A stretch of DNA of 64,000 nucleotides. It comes from Prorocentrum cordatum. Lineage: Eukaryota. Positions 48,911 through 61,269 of this stretch are shown here, one piece after another; positions within the stretch are counted from its first letter, which is position 1; each line of letters opens with the position of its first letter. The position numbers and the translations under genes were made by a program. The DNA lies in the NCBI GenBank assembly GCA_963575745.1, contig CAUYUJ010000001.1, forward strand, positions 2,108,001 through 2,172,000, given 5' to 3'. A model generated the notes under the pieces. That model did no database searches. It saw nothing but the letters and a program-made list of their open reading frames with translations, and was not told where the DNA came from.

Positions 48911-49820
48911 TACCGCTGCTGGCGGAAAACCGGGGGGGGTCACTACCGGTTCGAACCCCTCCCCCCCCCCTCCGGCAAACGGGGGGGGGTCACTACCGGT
49001 TCGAATCCCTCTCCCCCCCCCCCGTCCATCATGAAAAGGAGAGGGGGTCACCCCCTGTTTGAACCCCCCCCCCTCCGCCCTCGAAAACCGGGGGGGGTCA
49101 CTACCGGTTCGACCCCCCCCCCCTCCTCGAAAACCGGGGAGGGGTGCGGACAGTGGTGGGGACGGTGGTGGTGGGGACAGTGGTGAGGGGACAGCGGGAC
49201 AGTGGTGGGGACAGTGGGACAGTGGTGGGGACAATGGTGAGGACAATGGTGGGAACAGTGGTGGGGACGGTGGTGGTGGGGACAGTGGTGTGGGGACAGT
49301 GGGGACAGTGGTGGAAACAGTGGGACAGTGGAGGGTGCAGTGGTGGTGGGGACAATGGTGACGGCGGTGGCGAGGACGGCGGTGGGACAATGGGACAGAG
49401 GTACAGTGGGGACAGTGTGGGGAGAGTGGGGACAGTGGTGGGAACAGTGGGACAGCTCAGTGGGACAGCGGAGGAGTCAGTGGGACAGTGGGGACACTGG
49501 GGATAGTCGGGCAGTGGTTGGGGCCGTGGAGAAAGTGGGGAGAGTGGAACCGTGGTGGGAACAGTGGCGGGGACAGTGGGGACAGTGCGACAGTGGTGGG
49601 GGCACTGGTGCGGACAGTAGGGACGGTGGTGGAACCAGCGGGGGCAGTGGTGGTGAGGACAGTGGCGCTGGGAACATTAGTGGGGGATGTGGTGCGGACG
49701 GTGGTAGGGATCGGGAGTGGTTTGCTGGCGGTGAGGGGGGGGGAGGGGTTCGAACCGGTAGTGACCCCCCCTCTGGTTTTCAGGAGGGGTTCGAACCGTA
49801 GTGACCCCCCCCCCGGCTTT
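48911..49820 (+). repeat. Second (GGGACAGTG)n satellite element with inverted GTCACTACCGGTTCGAA arms
   Basis: Homologous to 34049-35130; TTCGAACCGGTAGTGAC at ~49750. Confidence 0.85.
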
Positions 49821-50397
49821 CGAGGGGGAGGGGGGGGGGGAGGGGAGGGGGGAGGTTTGCCGGGGAGGGAGGGGGGGGGGGGGAGGGGGGGAGGGGGGGG
49901 TTCCAGCAGGGAGGGGGGGGGGGATTTTCGGGGGGGGGGAACCCCGGGCTCCGGATGAGGGGGCGGAATTTTCCACAGTAAAGCGGCGGTGGATCACGTT
50001 CTCTCAATGCGTGGCGTGGTAGGACTATGGGAACGAAGGGACGGTCGGTCCCTGCTCTGTGGATGGAACGCAGGAAGTGGGAGAGGGAGGAGCGGGGCCG
50101 AACAACGTTAGGCTCTAGTTTTTTCGGGGACGCCCTCGGGTGGTCTCGGATGTGACCCCAGAGGCTACAGTGGGTGTGGGAGGCTTCGCTTATGTATTGT
50201 AGTGGCCTCCGGCCAGTGCCGCCGATCCGGGGGGCTTTTTGGAGGCGTCCTGGAGGCCTCTTGGGGGCGCGCTGGAGGAAGTGTTTTAATCGCGCGGGGT
50301 CTTTTGGAGGCCTCCTTGGGGCTTCTCGGGCCATGCTCGGATGCGGCCCCAGAAGCTACAGTGGGTGTGGGAGGCTCCGCTCATGTATTTTGTCTCC

Positions 50398-50761
50398 TGC
50401 CCCAAACCGCCCCCCGCGCCATTCCTGCCCGCAGTGCCCCGCGATAGCTGCGCTGCCAGCCTGCCCGGGTTGCTCGGACGCGCCTGCGCCGACCCCGCCC
50501 GAGCGGGTGGGAAGCGGCGCGTTCGACGCGGCGAACCTGAGCACCTGGCTGCTGGTCGCCAGCCTGCTGGTTTTGGCTGGGCTCGTCTGCCTGGGCTCGA
50601 CCTGCCTCGCGGTGTGGGGCACCGGGCGCGCCGCGAGGCGTGCCGCTCCAACCGCGCGGCCTGCCGGTGGTCTGGCGCTGGACGACCAGGACGCCGACGT
50701 GGGACAAGTGGCGCAGGAGCAGCTAACCTTGCTCAGGCAGCGGCGGACAAGAGGGGTGTAA
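50398..50761 (+). CDS. Small Cys-rich, single-TM ORF remnant directly upstream of the DIRS gag-like ORF
   Basis: SCPQCP..PACPGC, hydrophobic WLLVASLLVLAGLVCLGSTCLAVW, basic tail; stop followed by G-ATG; 5' end disrupted by a repeat. Confidence 0.45.
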
Positions 50762-50762
50762 G

Positions 50763-53700
50763 ATGGACGTTGTTCCCCCAGTTCAGAGCATGGGCATCGG
50801 AGCAGGCGACTCTGGTGATGTTCTGTAACTAGAACGTTCCAGGGCAGCCGATCTACCACGAGCGGCCCATCCTCATCGAGCCGGGGGGTGGTTTCACCGT
50901 CAGCGTGCGCTCACCAGATGAAGATGAGTACGATTGGGTGCAGGGCACGGATATCGTGTGGTTCGGGCTGGTGGATCGTGGAGCCTCTGGTGGTGAGCCC
51001 CCTCCTGGTCCCGGCGGCCCAGCCCTTCAGGTCCATCGGTTCTCGGGGGCGGCAAAAGAGAGGGGGGTGACGACTAGGGGGGGTGGATATGATGGCGGGG
51101 GCCATGCTATTTCCCCAGATTTCATGGCGCCTCTTCTTGTTTCATGACGTCCCTGGCCCCCCCGCGGGGCCGCGCACATGCCGCCGGTCGCGATTTGCAC
51201 CCCCCCCTCTTGGACACCCCCCTCTTTGCCGCCCCCGAGGTTCAGGAACCTGCCGATCCCGTGGCGCGACCAGGGCCCGAGCTGATGTACGGCGTGGATT
51301 GCTTGTGCCGGCGGACGGTGAACACCCCAACTTGGGCGGGCGCGCTTTCGGCGCGGCGGGCCAAGCGTCCTCGTGCCCAGCGGCGCCCCCGCGCCCGGAG
51401 TCGCCGCAGGCGCGGCAGCTTTGGCTGCCACGCTGGGCCCAGCCCTTGGGGCCACGCCGGGTGGCGCGACTGCCGGCGCGGCCGCCGCAGCCCCTGCGGC
51501 CCCAGCAGCCGCCCCTAGCGCAGCCGCTGCTGGTGTGGCCGCTGCGCTGGCTCCCGCGCCCCCCGCCGTCGGCGCGGGCGGGGTGCTGGTGCTCGCGGGC
51601 GTGGCGCCTGGGCCCGGCCTGCGGCTGCCATGGTGGCCTGTTTCCCGGCCGTCGACATCCGCGTCCGAACGATGCGTCGGGCGCCCGTTTCCGTGAGTTC
51701 CGCTTCGCGGTCGAAGGCGTGGTCGAGACTTTGCTGAACGGCTTTCCCATCCGACGGCCACGGACGACGGCGTGGCTCTGCAGGTCCATGGTGGCGAACG
51801 GACAGACACCGCTCGGACATCATGCGAGCTGGAAGGCCGCTGCGAAGTTGCAAGTGAACGGCGGTGGAGTGGATCAACACGTGATGTGCTGCCAGATGTT
51901 GGAGAGCATGGCCACATATGACACTGCGAGCCTCCTGGACATCGCGGCGGTGGAGATCATGTCAAGGTCCGCCCAGTTGTCGGAAGAGCGGCATCGCGAT
52001 CGGATGCCGGGCATCTCAGGCGGAGGCAGCGACACTATGCAGGTCGCTTTCTTACACATGGGCCTCCGACACGCGCGGGGCATCGTCGCCGTCTGCCCGG
52101 CCCAGCAGAGCTGGGCGCCCAATGGGAAGAAGTCTCGGTGACGAAGGAGAGGGGGGAGGCGCGCGAGGAGCGCCCGAACGCCAAAGGCGGCGGCGGCGGC
52201 GGCGACAGGAATAACCTGAAGAAGCACGGCAAGGACGATGGCTGAGACCACGCGGGCGGCGGAGTCAAGCCGGCCGCCCGCCCATTTTTCGGAGGCCTCG
52301 GGGCCCGGCTCGCTCTCCGCGAAGCCGGGCCCAAAGTTTTCACGCACCTTTCTCTCCCCCCCCCGGCCTCTCGCCGCCGCTCGCCGAGGCCGGCGGCGGA
52401 GGCGGGTCGGTCCATCCTCCGCGGGCCTCCCTGCTCCTGGCCAGGCCTCCTCGGTCCATCTCAGAGCCCCGAATCATCAGGGGTAACTCGGGTCAGGGAT
52501 AACTCGGGTTCGTTTTTCGGGAAAGCCCGAGTTACCCCGGGCCCGAGTTACCCCGGATAACTCGGGCGTCCAGAGCCCCGAATCATCAGGGGTAACTCGG
52601 GTCAGGGATAACTCGGGTTCCTTTTTCGGGAATCCAAGCCCGAGTTACCCCGGGCCCGAGTTACCCCGGATAACTCGGGCGTCCAACCATCCTCCTCGGG
52701 CTCATCCTCCCAGGGCCCCCCCTGTCGGTGCTTGGCCAGTCTGCCCGCGGGGAGCTCGATCGGCATATGTCCCCTTTCATTTTTTCCCCGCGATTGGCGA
52801 GGCAGCAGCAGAGGGTTTTGCACCCGCGTCCGCGCGCGGAACGTCGGCGGCATCGCGCCCAGCATTCCTGCGATTGGGCCAATGACGGGATCGCTTGTCT
52901 GAGCATGATGTCTGGGGGGGGGCCCTCAGGGTGACCAGGTCGCGCGCTCTAATGCCGGACAGACCGACGCGTCGCGACACATCCGCCACTGTTAGATTGA
53001 TATTTCTGCCCCGCCGTCCGGCTCGGCACCTGGCGCGGGATCCCCGCGCGAGATCCCCGCGGCCTCTGGACTCTACGACGACGAGGCGGGGTCCACCAGG
53101 GGGCCGCGCAATCGGAGCTTGCTCGCTCTCCCCGAACAGGTAGTCGCTGCGAGTGCGACGAATGTGCTGCCCTACGGCGATCGGACCGGTCGCGCGTTTA
53201 CCAGATGAAATTGCTCAGGGTCGCGAACAGGGCCACCTCCTTCCATCAGGACTTGGGCCCGAGGGGGCCCTTCATCGACCCCTTCCTGAAGAGTAATCCC
53301 ACTGCCTACTCCGACTCCCTAACCTTGCTCTTCCGATCGAGGGATGCTCGAATAGGCCCTCGCCCCCGAAGAAACCCACGCCGTCGGCGTGTTTTTCGTG
53401 GCCAAGGGGGGCGGGGGCATTCGGGTCATCATCGATACTCGCGCGCGCAACTCATTATTCGTTCAAGAGCCTTCTCTCGACTCGCTTGCCCACTGCCTCT
53501 TCCGTCGGCAAGGTCGAGGCTGACAGATCGGCATGCGCGGCCTAGGGTGACACTGCTGCAGCGTTCTAGAGGATGGGCTTGCCACATCTGCAAGTTGACA
53601 CTTGGGGTTGAAGTTCATGGATGGGCAGCGCCTCCAGTCTAACGCACTCATCGCTCCCAGGCCGCGCGCGCCCCCCATGGGCTGGTCTCGGTCTCTCCTC

Positions 53701-56700
53701 CTAGGTCTGAGCGTCGTCCGTCGCGCCTTCGCATCTGCACATGCCCCCGCGCCCCTGGCGGTGCTGGGCGGTTCGCCGGCCGCGGCGGTCAAAGGGGGGG
53801 AGGTGGCGGCGGCTGGGAACGCGGGCAGTGTTCTTTCGAATGGGCGGAATAGATCGACCACTTATTAACGTCTTGGGGAAATCCAGGTGGCTCTGGAGAG
53901 CAAGAGTCTTCCGCTACACGAGGTGGAGGCCCGCGCCCGCGACGCAACTCTTCTCGGCCTCCACGTGTCTGGGGGGGGGGGGGGCGGTTTTCAATCGACT
54001 GCGTTCCGTTGACGGCGCCGTTGCGGCGGCCGCCTGCTCGGAGCTTTCTTGGGCGCGTTGCCTGGACCAGGCTCGTCGGGCGGGGGGCCTGCAGCGCCCT
54101 GCAGCGCTGCCGCGCTCTTGCGACGAGGAACGGCCCCGGTGTCTCGGAGCTTCGGCTTGCGGCGCGTTGAGACCCCTGGACAGTCAGGTGTCTCTGCCAC
54201 GTTTTAAGTTGTTCTGGCCGGCGACGCGGCACCCCGCCGCGCTCGCTACAGACGCCTCGCCTCTTAGACTGGGCGCGCGCACCGGACATGCTGACCCGCG
54301 CGAGGTCGGCGCCATTGGCGCGGATCCGAGCGATGGCGGTTCAAATTCGAGCAGTGCATCTACGCCAGGGACCGCGCCCTCTCCGACCCAGTTCAAACCT
54401 CCAGTCCCATCTATCCACGTTGCGCGCCCCGGCTCCAACGCGGGAGTAACTGCCGGGGCACCTCCGACTCCTGCGGCGGCCGCTAAGACGACGGCGGCGG
54501 CCCCGCGCGCCGCTCCCACCCCGACGGCAACGGCGTCTTTATCGGGCAGGTCGACGACGCGGCGGGGGGCGGGGGCGACGGCAAAGGCGAGGTCCGGTGC
54601 GGGGGGGTGGGCGGCTCCAACGGCGGAGCGATTGATGCCGCAGGCGCGGGGGCAATTATCCTTTCTGTTGGCGGGGGGGGGGCAGACGACGCCCACGTGC
54701 CCATCGAGGACTTGAGTGCCCCTTTCGACGAGATTAGCAGAGATTTTACTAGCGGAAAGAATGGGAAACGCGCTATCGCTTGTAGAGTAAGGCGTCGATC
54801 GAACATTCTCGAGCTCGAAGGGGGCGCCCTGGCCCCGGGGCACTGGCGCGCCCTTCGATCTGGCCCCGCGAGGGGCACGAGATGTCTGGCCGCGGTCGAC
54901 GACCTGCCGCTGCATCTGGCATCTGTCAAGGGCCGCGCGCGCTCCTCCTACCTACTCCGCCCTCTCCGACGCATCGCTGCCGCGTCTCTCGCCGCGGGAA
55001 CGCGCCGCCATCGGCAGAGGAAAATCCAGCTGACAATTGCCCCGGGGGCCAGCGCGGGTTCTCTGCGTGCCGCTCTCGGCTCGAGGTTCACCGCGTGGTT
55101 TCGACCCCGACGCCGCGCCTTCGACCTCGGCCACCTCCCGGGCTCTCGGACGGGCAAGTCCACGACGACGGTCTCGCGCCAACGACAGCTCAGCGCGAAG
55201 GCCGGTGAGCTCGAGAAGGAGCGCGCGTCCCGGGCTTCGGAGGCCGCCGCGAAGGTCGACGGCGTCTCCGCCTTCCCGTGGGCGAGCGCGCTGGAGAAGA
55301 TGGCCGCGAAGCCGGGAACCGCGCTGCCGCGCCAGGGGGCCCCGCGCCTCTTCCTCGCCAATTACCACCTGGCGCGCGCGAACTGGAAAGGCGCGGCAGA
55401 GTTGGACGCGGCGACAGTGCATTACTTCAATTCCACGTACATAAGCGGGCACGGGGCCGACGAGGCGAGCTGCCTGCTGGCGGCCCTGGGCCGCGCGCTC
55501 CCCGAGTTGCACAAGTCGACGCGAGCCCTCCCGCCGCGGGCCGCCAGGTGCGCGGTCAGCTGGAGCAGGCGGGTGCCTGCCCAGTCAGGGCCCCCCTTGT
55601 CGCGCCTCGCCGCGCCGGCGGTCTCGGGGGCCATGATCATGCCGAGGCTCCCTCGGATGGCCATCCTGGCGGCGGTCTCGCATGCTCGTCGTCTGCGGCC
55701 AAGTGAGGCGATGGCGCTCCTCGGCAAGAGCATCGCGGCGGCCGTTCCGACGGCTGGCGCGGGCCGCGCCAAGGCTGGCCCCGCGCCGCCCGGCGTTCCC
55801 AGGGCGACGGGGGCGCTCGGCGACGCTGTCGCGATCGACGAGCAGCGGTCGCGGGGGCCCTCCTCGGCCCGATGCAGGCGAGCCATCCCGACGGGGCCCC
55901 GGGGGGGTTCAGCGACGAGCTCTACAAGGAGGCGTTCAGCAGGGCTGCCGAGGGCCCGGGACCGGGCCCGTTCGACCCACGCCCCCACCAGCACCAGCAA
56001 GGGGGGCGCCTCAGAGGACCCGGCCACCCACGGGCGGACGCCAGAGCAGGTCACGCGACGCGGGAGGTGGACGACAATGACCTCGCTGAAGAGGCGCGGG
56101 AAGGAGACCGAGCCGCTGCGAGTGATCAACCAAATCTGCCCGTCCGCATTCAGCTTCAGCAGCCTCGCGCCCCGGAGCTTTGCGGAGGCCATCAAGAACG
56201 GGGTCGGCCTTCTGAGGCCCAAGCGCCCATCATCCTAGAGTCCAGCGTGAAGCGGGCCGCAGTAGAGCTTCTGACTCGCCTAGCGCCCCAAGCCCCGGCG
56301 TTGGCCCGCAGGCAAGTCACAGTCGCCAGGCAAGGCGCCATCTTCAGCGCCTTCTCGCGAAGGTTCAGTAGAGAGGGACTGCCTGCCGCGGGGCGATTTT
56401 CTTTGAGCTCTCCGCGCGGGAAGGAGGCATCGGCAAATCGATGAAGTCTCAGGGGCTCGCCGCCCGCAGGCGCCGATGCAAGGTCGGATTCGCGGAGGGG
56501 TGCAGGGGCCAGTTGGTCGCGGGTTCCGCGCGCTGCCCGGTTCATCGCCAGACGACCCGCCATCCGGGGCCCCGCGCGCATCCTTGGGCCCCCGGGGCTT
56601 TTCATCCCCCGGCACGATAAGCAGAACAGCGGGATCGACACTTACCTCTTCTCGATTCAGATCATGCGCTCTGCTGTTCGACATAACACTCCAGCGGCCC

Positions 56701-57090
56701 CGGGTAATCCAGGGGCATCTCTACTGCGTCGGGCGCCACACCTGTTCAGACTACTATGAGACGGCTCCCGCGCCGCACGCGCGCGCGACATGTGCCAGTT
56801 CGGCGCCAGGCGGGAGAAGCGCACCCGCGCTGCCTCATGGAACGCCGGCACATGCACAGATGTGGAGTGCGTGCCCCGAACCTCGTAGAAAGATATGCTC
56901 GAAGTTGCATGAACAACTCGAGGATTTTTCAGGCGCCCCCCGGGCCCATATCTGACTCGCAGCGTTATTGCAGCTGCTGTGAGTTGGCTCAAGTAGAAAG
57001 CGCGCCCGCCCGCCCGCCTCTCGGCCGGCCGGCCCCCAGCCTAGTAATTCGTGGGCAACTCGAAGCTTAACGGACGCCCTACCACGCTCA
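50763..57090 (+). mobile_element. Decayed DIRS-like tyrosine-recombinase retrotransposon (gag-like, RT, RNase H, YR)
   Basis: gag-like: IYHER..SPDEDEY, PRTTAWLC, ATYD..AVEIMSR. RT: VGVFFVAK..IRVIID.R, PMGWS. RNase H: LATDAS, NILELE, ENPAD. YR: LRPSEA, GGAS, RRGRW..SLKR. Many frameshifts; ends approximate. Confidence 0.8.
52462..52685. repeat. Tandemly duplicated ~110-bp unit built of TAACTCGGG/CCCGAGTTA inverted motifs, inserted in the DIRS element
   Basis: CAGAGCCCCGAATCATCAGGGGTAACTCGGG occurs twice. Confidence 0.85.
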
Positions 57091-57170
57091 AATCGCAATG
57101 GCAGGGAGGGAAACATCACCTACATCACTTCCGCCGAAAGTAAACTTGAGCAAGAGGCTCCAACCAGAAG

Positions 57171-57527
57171 GTGGCGAGGATGAAGGAGTATAACACGAAT
57201 CTGATAACACCTTGCCTAACAGCATGGTCAAAGATAAGCCCAGATCAACAAACAAGTGGAACAGATGGGTTACCAGCCGAAAGTTCAGTCTTCGATAGAA
57301 AGTGTTTTTTTCCAGATGGGGGAACGATGTTCCTTCCATCTATGGATGATGTACGCCCCGAAAAAACATTACAGCATGAGATGAGCGTGGATGTTCTTGA
57401 ACACGACTCCGTCGACGATGTCGGGAAATCGAGCCAACGTCGCCCCCGCCGAATATCCTGGAATTTCTCGTATGTCGACGAACCTCGTCCTGGTACTCCG
57501 AGACCGAGGAGCAAGGTCACCATTTGA
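57171..57527 (+). pseudogene. Possible gene fragment or terminal exon of unknown function
   Basis: 118-codon non-repetitive ORF with ordinary composition; no motif recognised. Confidence 0.25.
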
Positions 57528-58547
57528 CAAAGCCGCGACGAACACATGCTCGCGGTCGCATTGGGACCTTCGGTGGAGCTCCCCGTGGGGCCACGAAGCG
57601 CTGTATTGGGTGGGTGAATCGCAGGGAGGAAGGGCTGTGCTGGGTGGTGGTTGACGCATGCGGGCGGTCCGTGGAACGCAGGGAGGAAAGGCTGTGTTGG
57701 GTGGTGGTTGCGCCATGCGGGCGGTCCCACTGGGGACCTTCGGTGGAGCTCCCTGTGGGGCCACGAAGCGCTGTACGGGGGGGTTAAAAACAGGAAGGAA
57801 AGAGGAGAGGGGGAGGAGGGAGGGGACGAGGAGGAGGGAGGACCGCGGGGACCGTCTCTTCAAAACGAGGACCCAACACCACAGGATGGTTGGGAAAAAG
57901 CAAATCAGGTGAGCGCCCGCACACGCAAAACCTGCGTGGGCACAGAAAGTTCTATTAGTCAGTCAAATGTTCGCTTAGGTTCGAAGCTTCGCATATGCAC
58001 CGCATCCTTGTTCACCCTGCTCACTCCTTGTCTCCTTCGGGATGCTAGGGTAAGAAACGTGCGTGACTGCAGAACGTTTGTAGCCACACACAATTCCTAC
58101 CCTAGACAGTAGTTATCTCCCTAACGCGTGTATCTCGCTTGACACAAGGATTCAGCCAGGCCGGCGCACACACAAAATTGGCGCGACTACAAGAAAGAAT
58201 CGGATGTCACCCAACCCCTTCCATTCTCCCCTTCAGCCACACCCCCGCGATCTCCCGAGGCTAGTTCGCCCCCACTTCGGCCGACGCTCTCTAGAAGCAC
58301 AGCCCCGCCTCTTCAACCAAAGACCCTTCGCGAGGCCACGCGGGCACAGAGATGCGAGCCCCGGGCCGCTAGATACAAACGACTGGGGAGAAGTAAAGCG
58401 AACAACATGGCAGTCATCACGATGAGGCACATTAGAGCACAGGAACAATTTTTCCCCACATCCAAAGTGGGGTTCTTGTTTTCTCTGCACACGCCGCGCA
58501 GGATCTCACACCCCCCCTTTCCTCTCTCTCTCTCTCTCTCTCTCACT

Positions 58548-58892
58548 CACCATCATCGCCATCATCATCACCATCAACCACCATCATCGTCATCACACGC
58601 ACACACTCATCATCATTACCATCATCATCACCATCAACCACCATCGCCGTCATCACTAGTCATCATCATCATCCTCATCATCATCATCGTCACCATCATC
58701 ACCACTCGATCACCCACTCACTCACTCAATTACTCATTCATCCTCAGTAGGCTTCGGAGGCAGTGGTCCTCCGACGGTAGGACCGCCGCCACTCTCAACA
58801 TCATCGTCACCATCTCCATCATAATCTCTCGATCACCCACTCAGTGGCCATCATTATCATCATCATCCTCATCATCATCATCATCCTCATCC

Positions 58893-58932
<40 letters not shown>

Positions 58933-58949
58933 GATCTTCATCCTCATCC

Positions 58950-59010
<61 letters not shown>

Positions 59011-59060
59011 TACTCATTCATTCTTCACACACTCATCATCATCATTCGCTCACTCATCAT
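58548..59060. repeat. (CAT)n microsatellite region
   Basis: Direct reading. Confidence 0.95.
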
Positions 59061-59067
59061 TTCGTCA

Positions 59068-59625
59068 TCAGGCGGGAGCCTCTGAGTGAATTGCGAGGAA
59101 GTCTCAGGCGGGAGCCCCCTCCCTATGGGGCCCGCAGATCATGTTACTAATCCGAGCGGGTCATCGGAACCCTGTAACCGTCGTCACTTTTGGGCCTCTG
59201 AGGCTTGAATATGCAGGACGTATCAGGCGGGAGCCTCGTCTGTGAGTGAATTGCGAGGAAGTCTCAGACGGGAGCCCCCTCCCTATGGGGCGCCGGAATC
59301 CGAATGTCAATCAACTGTTCAACTTTTGGGCTCTTGAGGCCTGAATATGGAGGAGGTATCAGGCGGGAGCCTCGTCTCTGAGTGAATTGTGAGGAAGTCT
59401 CAGGCGGGAGCCCCCTCCCTATGGGGCCCGCAGATCATGTTACTAATCCGAGCGGGCCATCGGAACCCTGTAACTGTCGTCATGTTTGGGCTTCTGAGGC
59501 TTGAATATGCAGGAAGTATCAGGCGGGAGCCTCGTCTGTGAGTGAATTGCGAGGAAGTCTCAGGCGGGAGCCCCCTCCCTATGGGGCCCGCAGATCATGT
59601 TACTAATCCGAGCGGGTCATCCGAG
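59068..59625 (+). repeat. ~150-bp tandem repeat (GAGTGAATTGCGAGGAAGTCTCAGGCGGGAGCCCCCTCCCTATGGGG), ~4 units
   Basis: Direct reading. Confidence 0.9.
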
Positions 59626-59796
59626 CGTGCAGAGGGCGAGAGGAGAGGGTGTCCGCCAGGGGGAGGAGGAAAGAGCAAAGGGTAAGCTAAACAGATTCTC
59701 ATGTGGGGTCCTACCGTCGGAGTAATGTGCGCTGCAGACATACGTATTTAACAATTGCAGTCGTCAGCCCCCGTACCAACCCCAGTCAGCTCGTCG

Positions 59797-60895
59797 GAGT
59801 GAGGGGGCCGAACGGTCATTCATTGTCCCCTGGGTGCGTGGCTGAATAAGGAATTCGCGGTGAGAAGTATGTGTGTTGCGTTGTTGTTGTTGGTGTTGTG
59901 GTTGTTGTTGTTGTTGTTGTTGTTGTTGGTGTTGTTGTTGGTGTGGTTGTTGTTGCCTTTGTCTTTGTTGTTGTTGTTGGTAGTGGTGTTGTTGTTGGTG
60001 TCGTTGTTGTTTGTTGTCGTCGGCCCACCCACCCGCGACCCACCCGCGACCCACCAGCGACCCAACCCGCGACCCACCCCGCGACCCATCCGCGACCCAT
60101 CCCGCGACCCACCCCGCGACCCATCCGCGTCCCATCCGCGACCCATCCGCGACCCACTCCGCGACCCACCCGCGACCCACTCCGCGACCCACCCTCAAGG
60201 AAGGAAAAACCACCCGGACCCGACACTTGACGTTTACTAAAACGGCCCTGGGCGTTGACTAAAGAGCTTTGCCCTGTTCGGCTCAGTGTTTGTGTGCGTT
60301 TACTAAACGGCTTCGCTTGTCGGGGTGATTATTATGGGGTGGATGTTCTGCCCTCTACACCCGCGACCCAAGAGCGACCCATCTGCGACCCACCCGCGAC
60401 CCATTTGCGACCCACCCGCGACCTACCCACATTGGTTTAACGAAAAAACTCTGCGCCTGCGGCGGGCTCGTTGCATAATTTGTGAAACTTTACGCATCAC
60501 CCCGCAGATACGGATAAGAGTGAGGGGGCGGTGGGGACGTCGGCAGTTTGCGAGGCTCTGGAGAAGCCCGCCGCAGGCGCCTAATTTCTACAAGTTGCGC
60601 AGTAAGCCCGCCGCAGGCGCAAATTTTCTCATTACAGCAATGTGGGTAGGTTGCGGGCGGGTCGCGGGGTGGGTCGTGGGTGGGTGGCGAGTGGGTCGCG
60701 GATGGGTCGCAAAATGGGTCGCGGATGGGTCGCAAAATGGGTCGCGGAATGGGTCGCGGGTGGGTCGCGGGGTGGGTTGTGGGTGGGTCGCGGGTGGGTC
60801 GCGGGGTGGGTCGCGGGTGGGTCGCGTGGCGGGTCGCGGGTGGGACGACGCCAATCAACAATCACAAACAAACAAACAAACAAACAACAAACACC

Positions 60896-60934
<39 letters not shown>

Positions 60935-61005
60935 CGATAATCCGCATCGTGGAATCCCACTTCAGCCACGCAACCATGGACAATGAATGACCAGTCGCCC
61001 CCCTT
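59797..61005. mobile_element. Foldback element with long TIR and mirrored satellites
   Basis: GGTCATTCATTGTCC..TGCGTGGCTGAA-(TTG)n-(CGCGACCCA)n ... (TGGGTCGCG)n-(CAA)n-TTCAGCCACGCA..GGACAATGAATGACC; further arms at 63270-63705 and 63875-64000. Confidence 0.75.
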
Positions 61006-61269
61006 GCTCTGACATGTACATGCATATGTGTATATATGTATATATACGTTGTATGAATGTATATATGTATGCATGCAGACAGAGATGTATGTACGTATGT
61101 AGGTATGTATGCATGTGTATGTATGTATGGTTTTATGTATGTCTATGTATATGTATAAAGTGCCTAGCCGTGTAGCGCACTGCGGGGCGCCAAGCTTCCA
61201 CAGAGCAAGTTTGAACCTTCAGCCTTCAGCCCCAGCTTGAAGCTTCAGCCTGAAGTTGAACTTGAGCTC

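Noticed and set aside
50435..50761. TM ORF as last GH92 exon (which would nest EAL in an intron)
   Set aside because: A closer in-frame TM exon at 45783-45929 is recovered by TSD-precise removal of the insertion; this ORF instead abuts the DIRS element.
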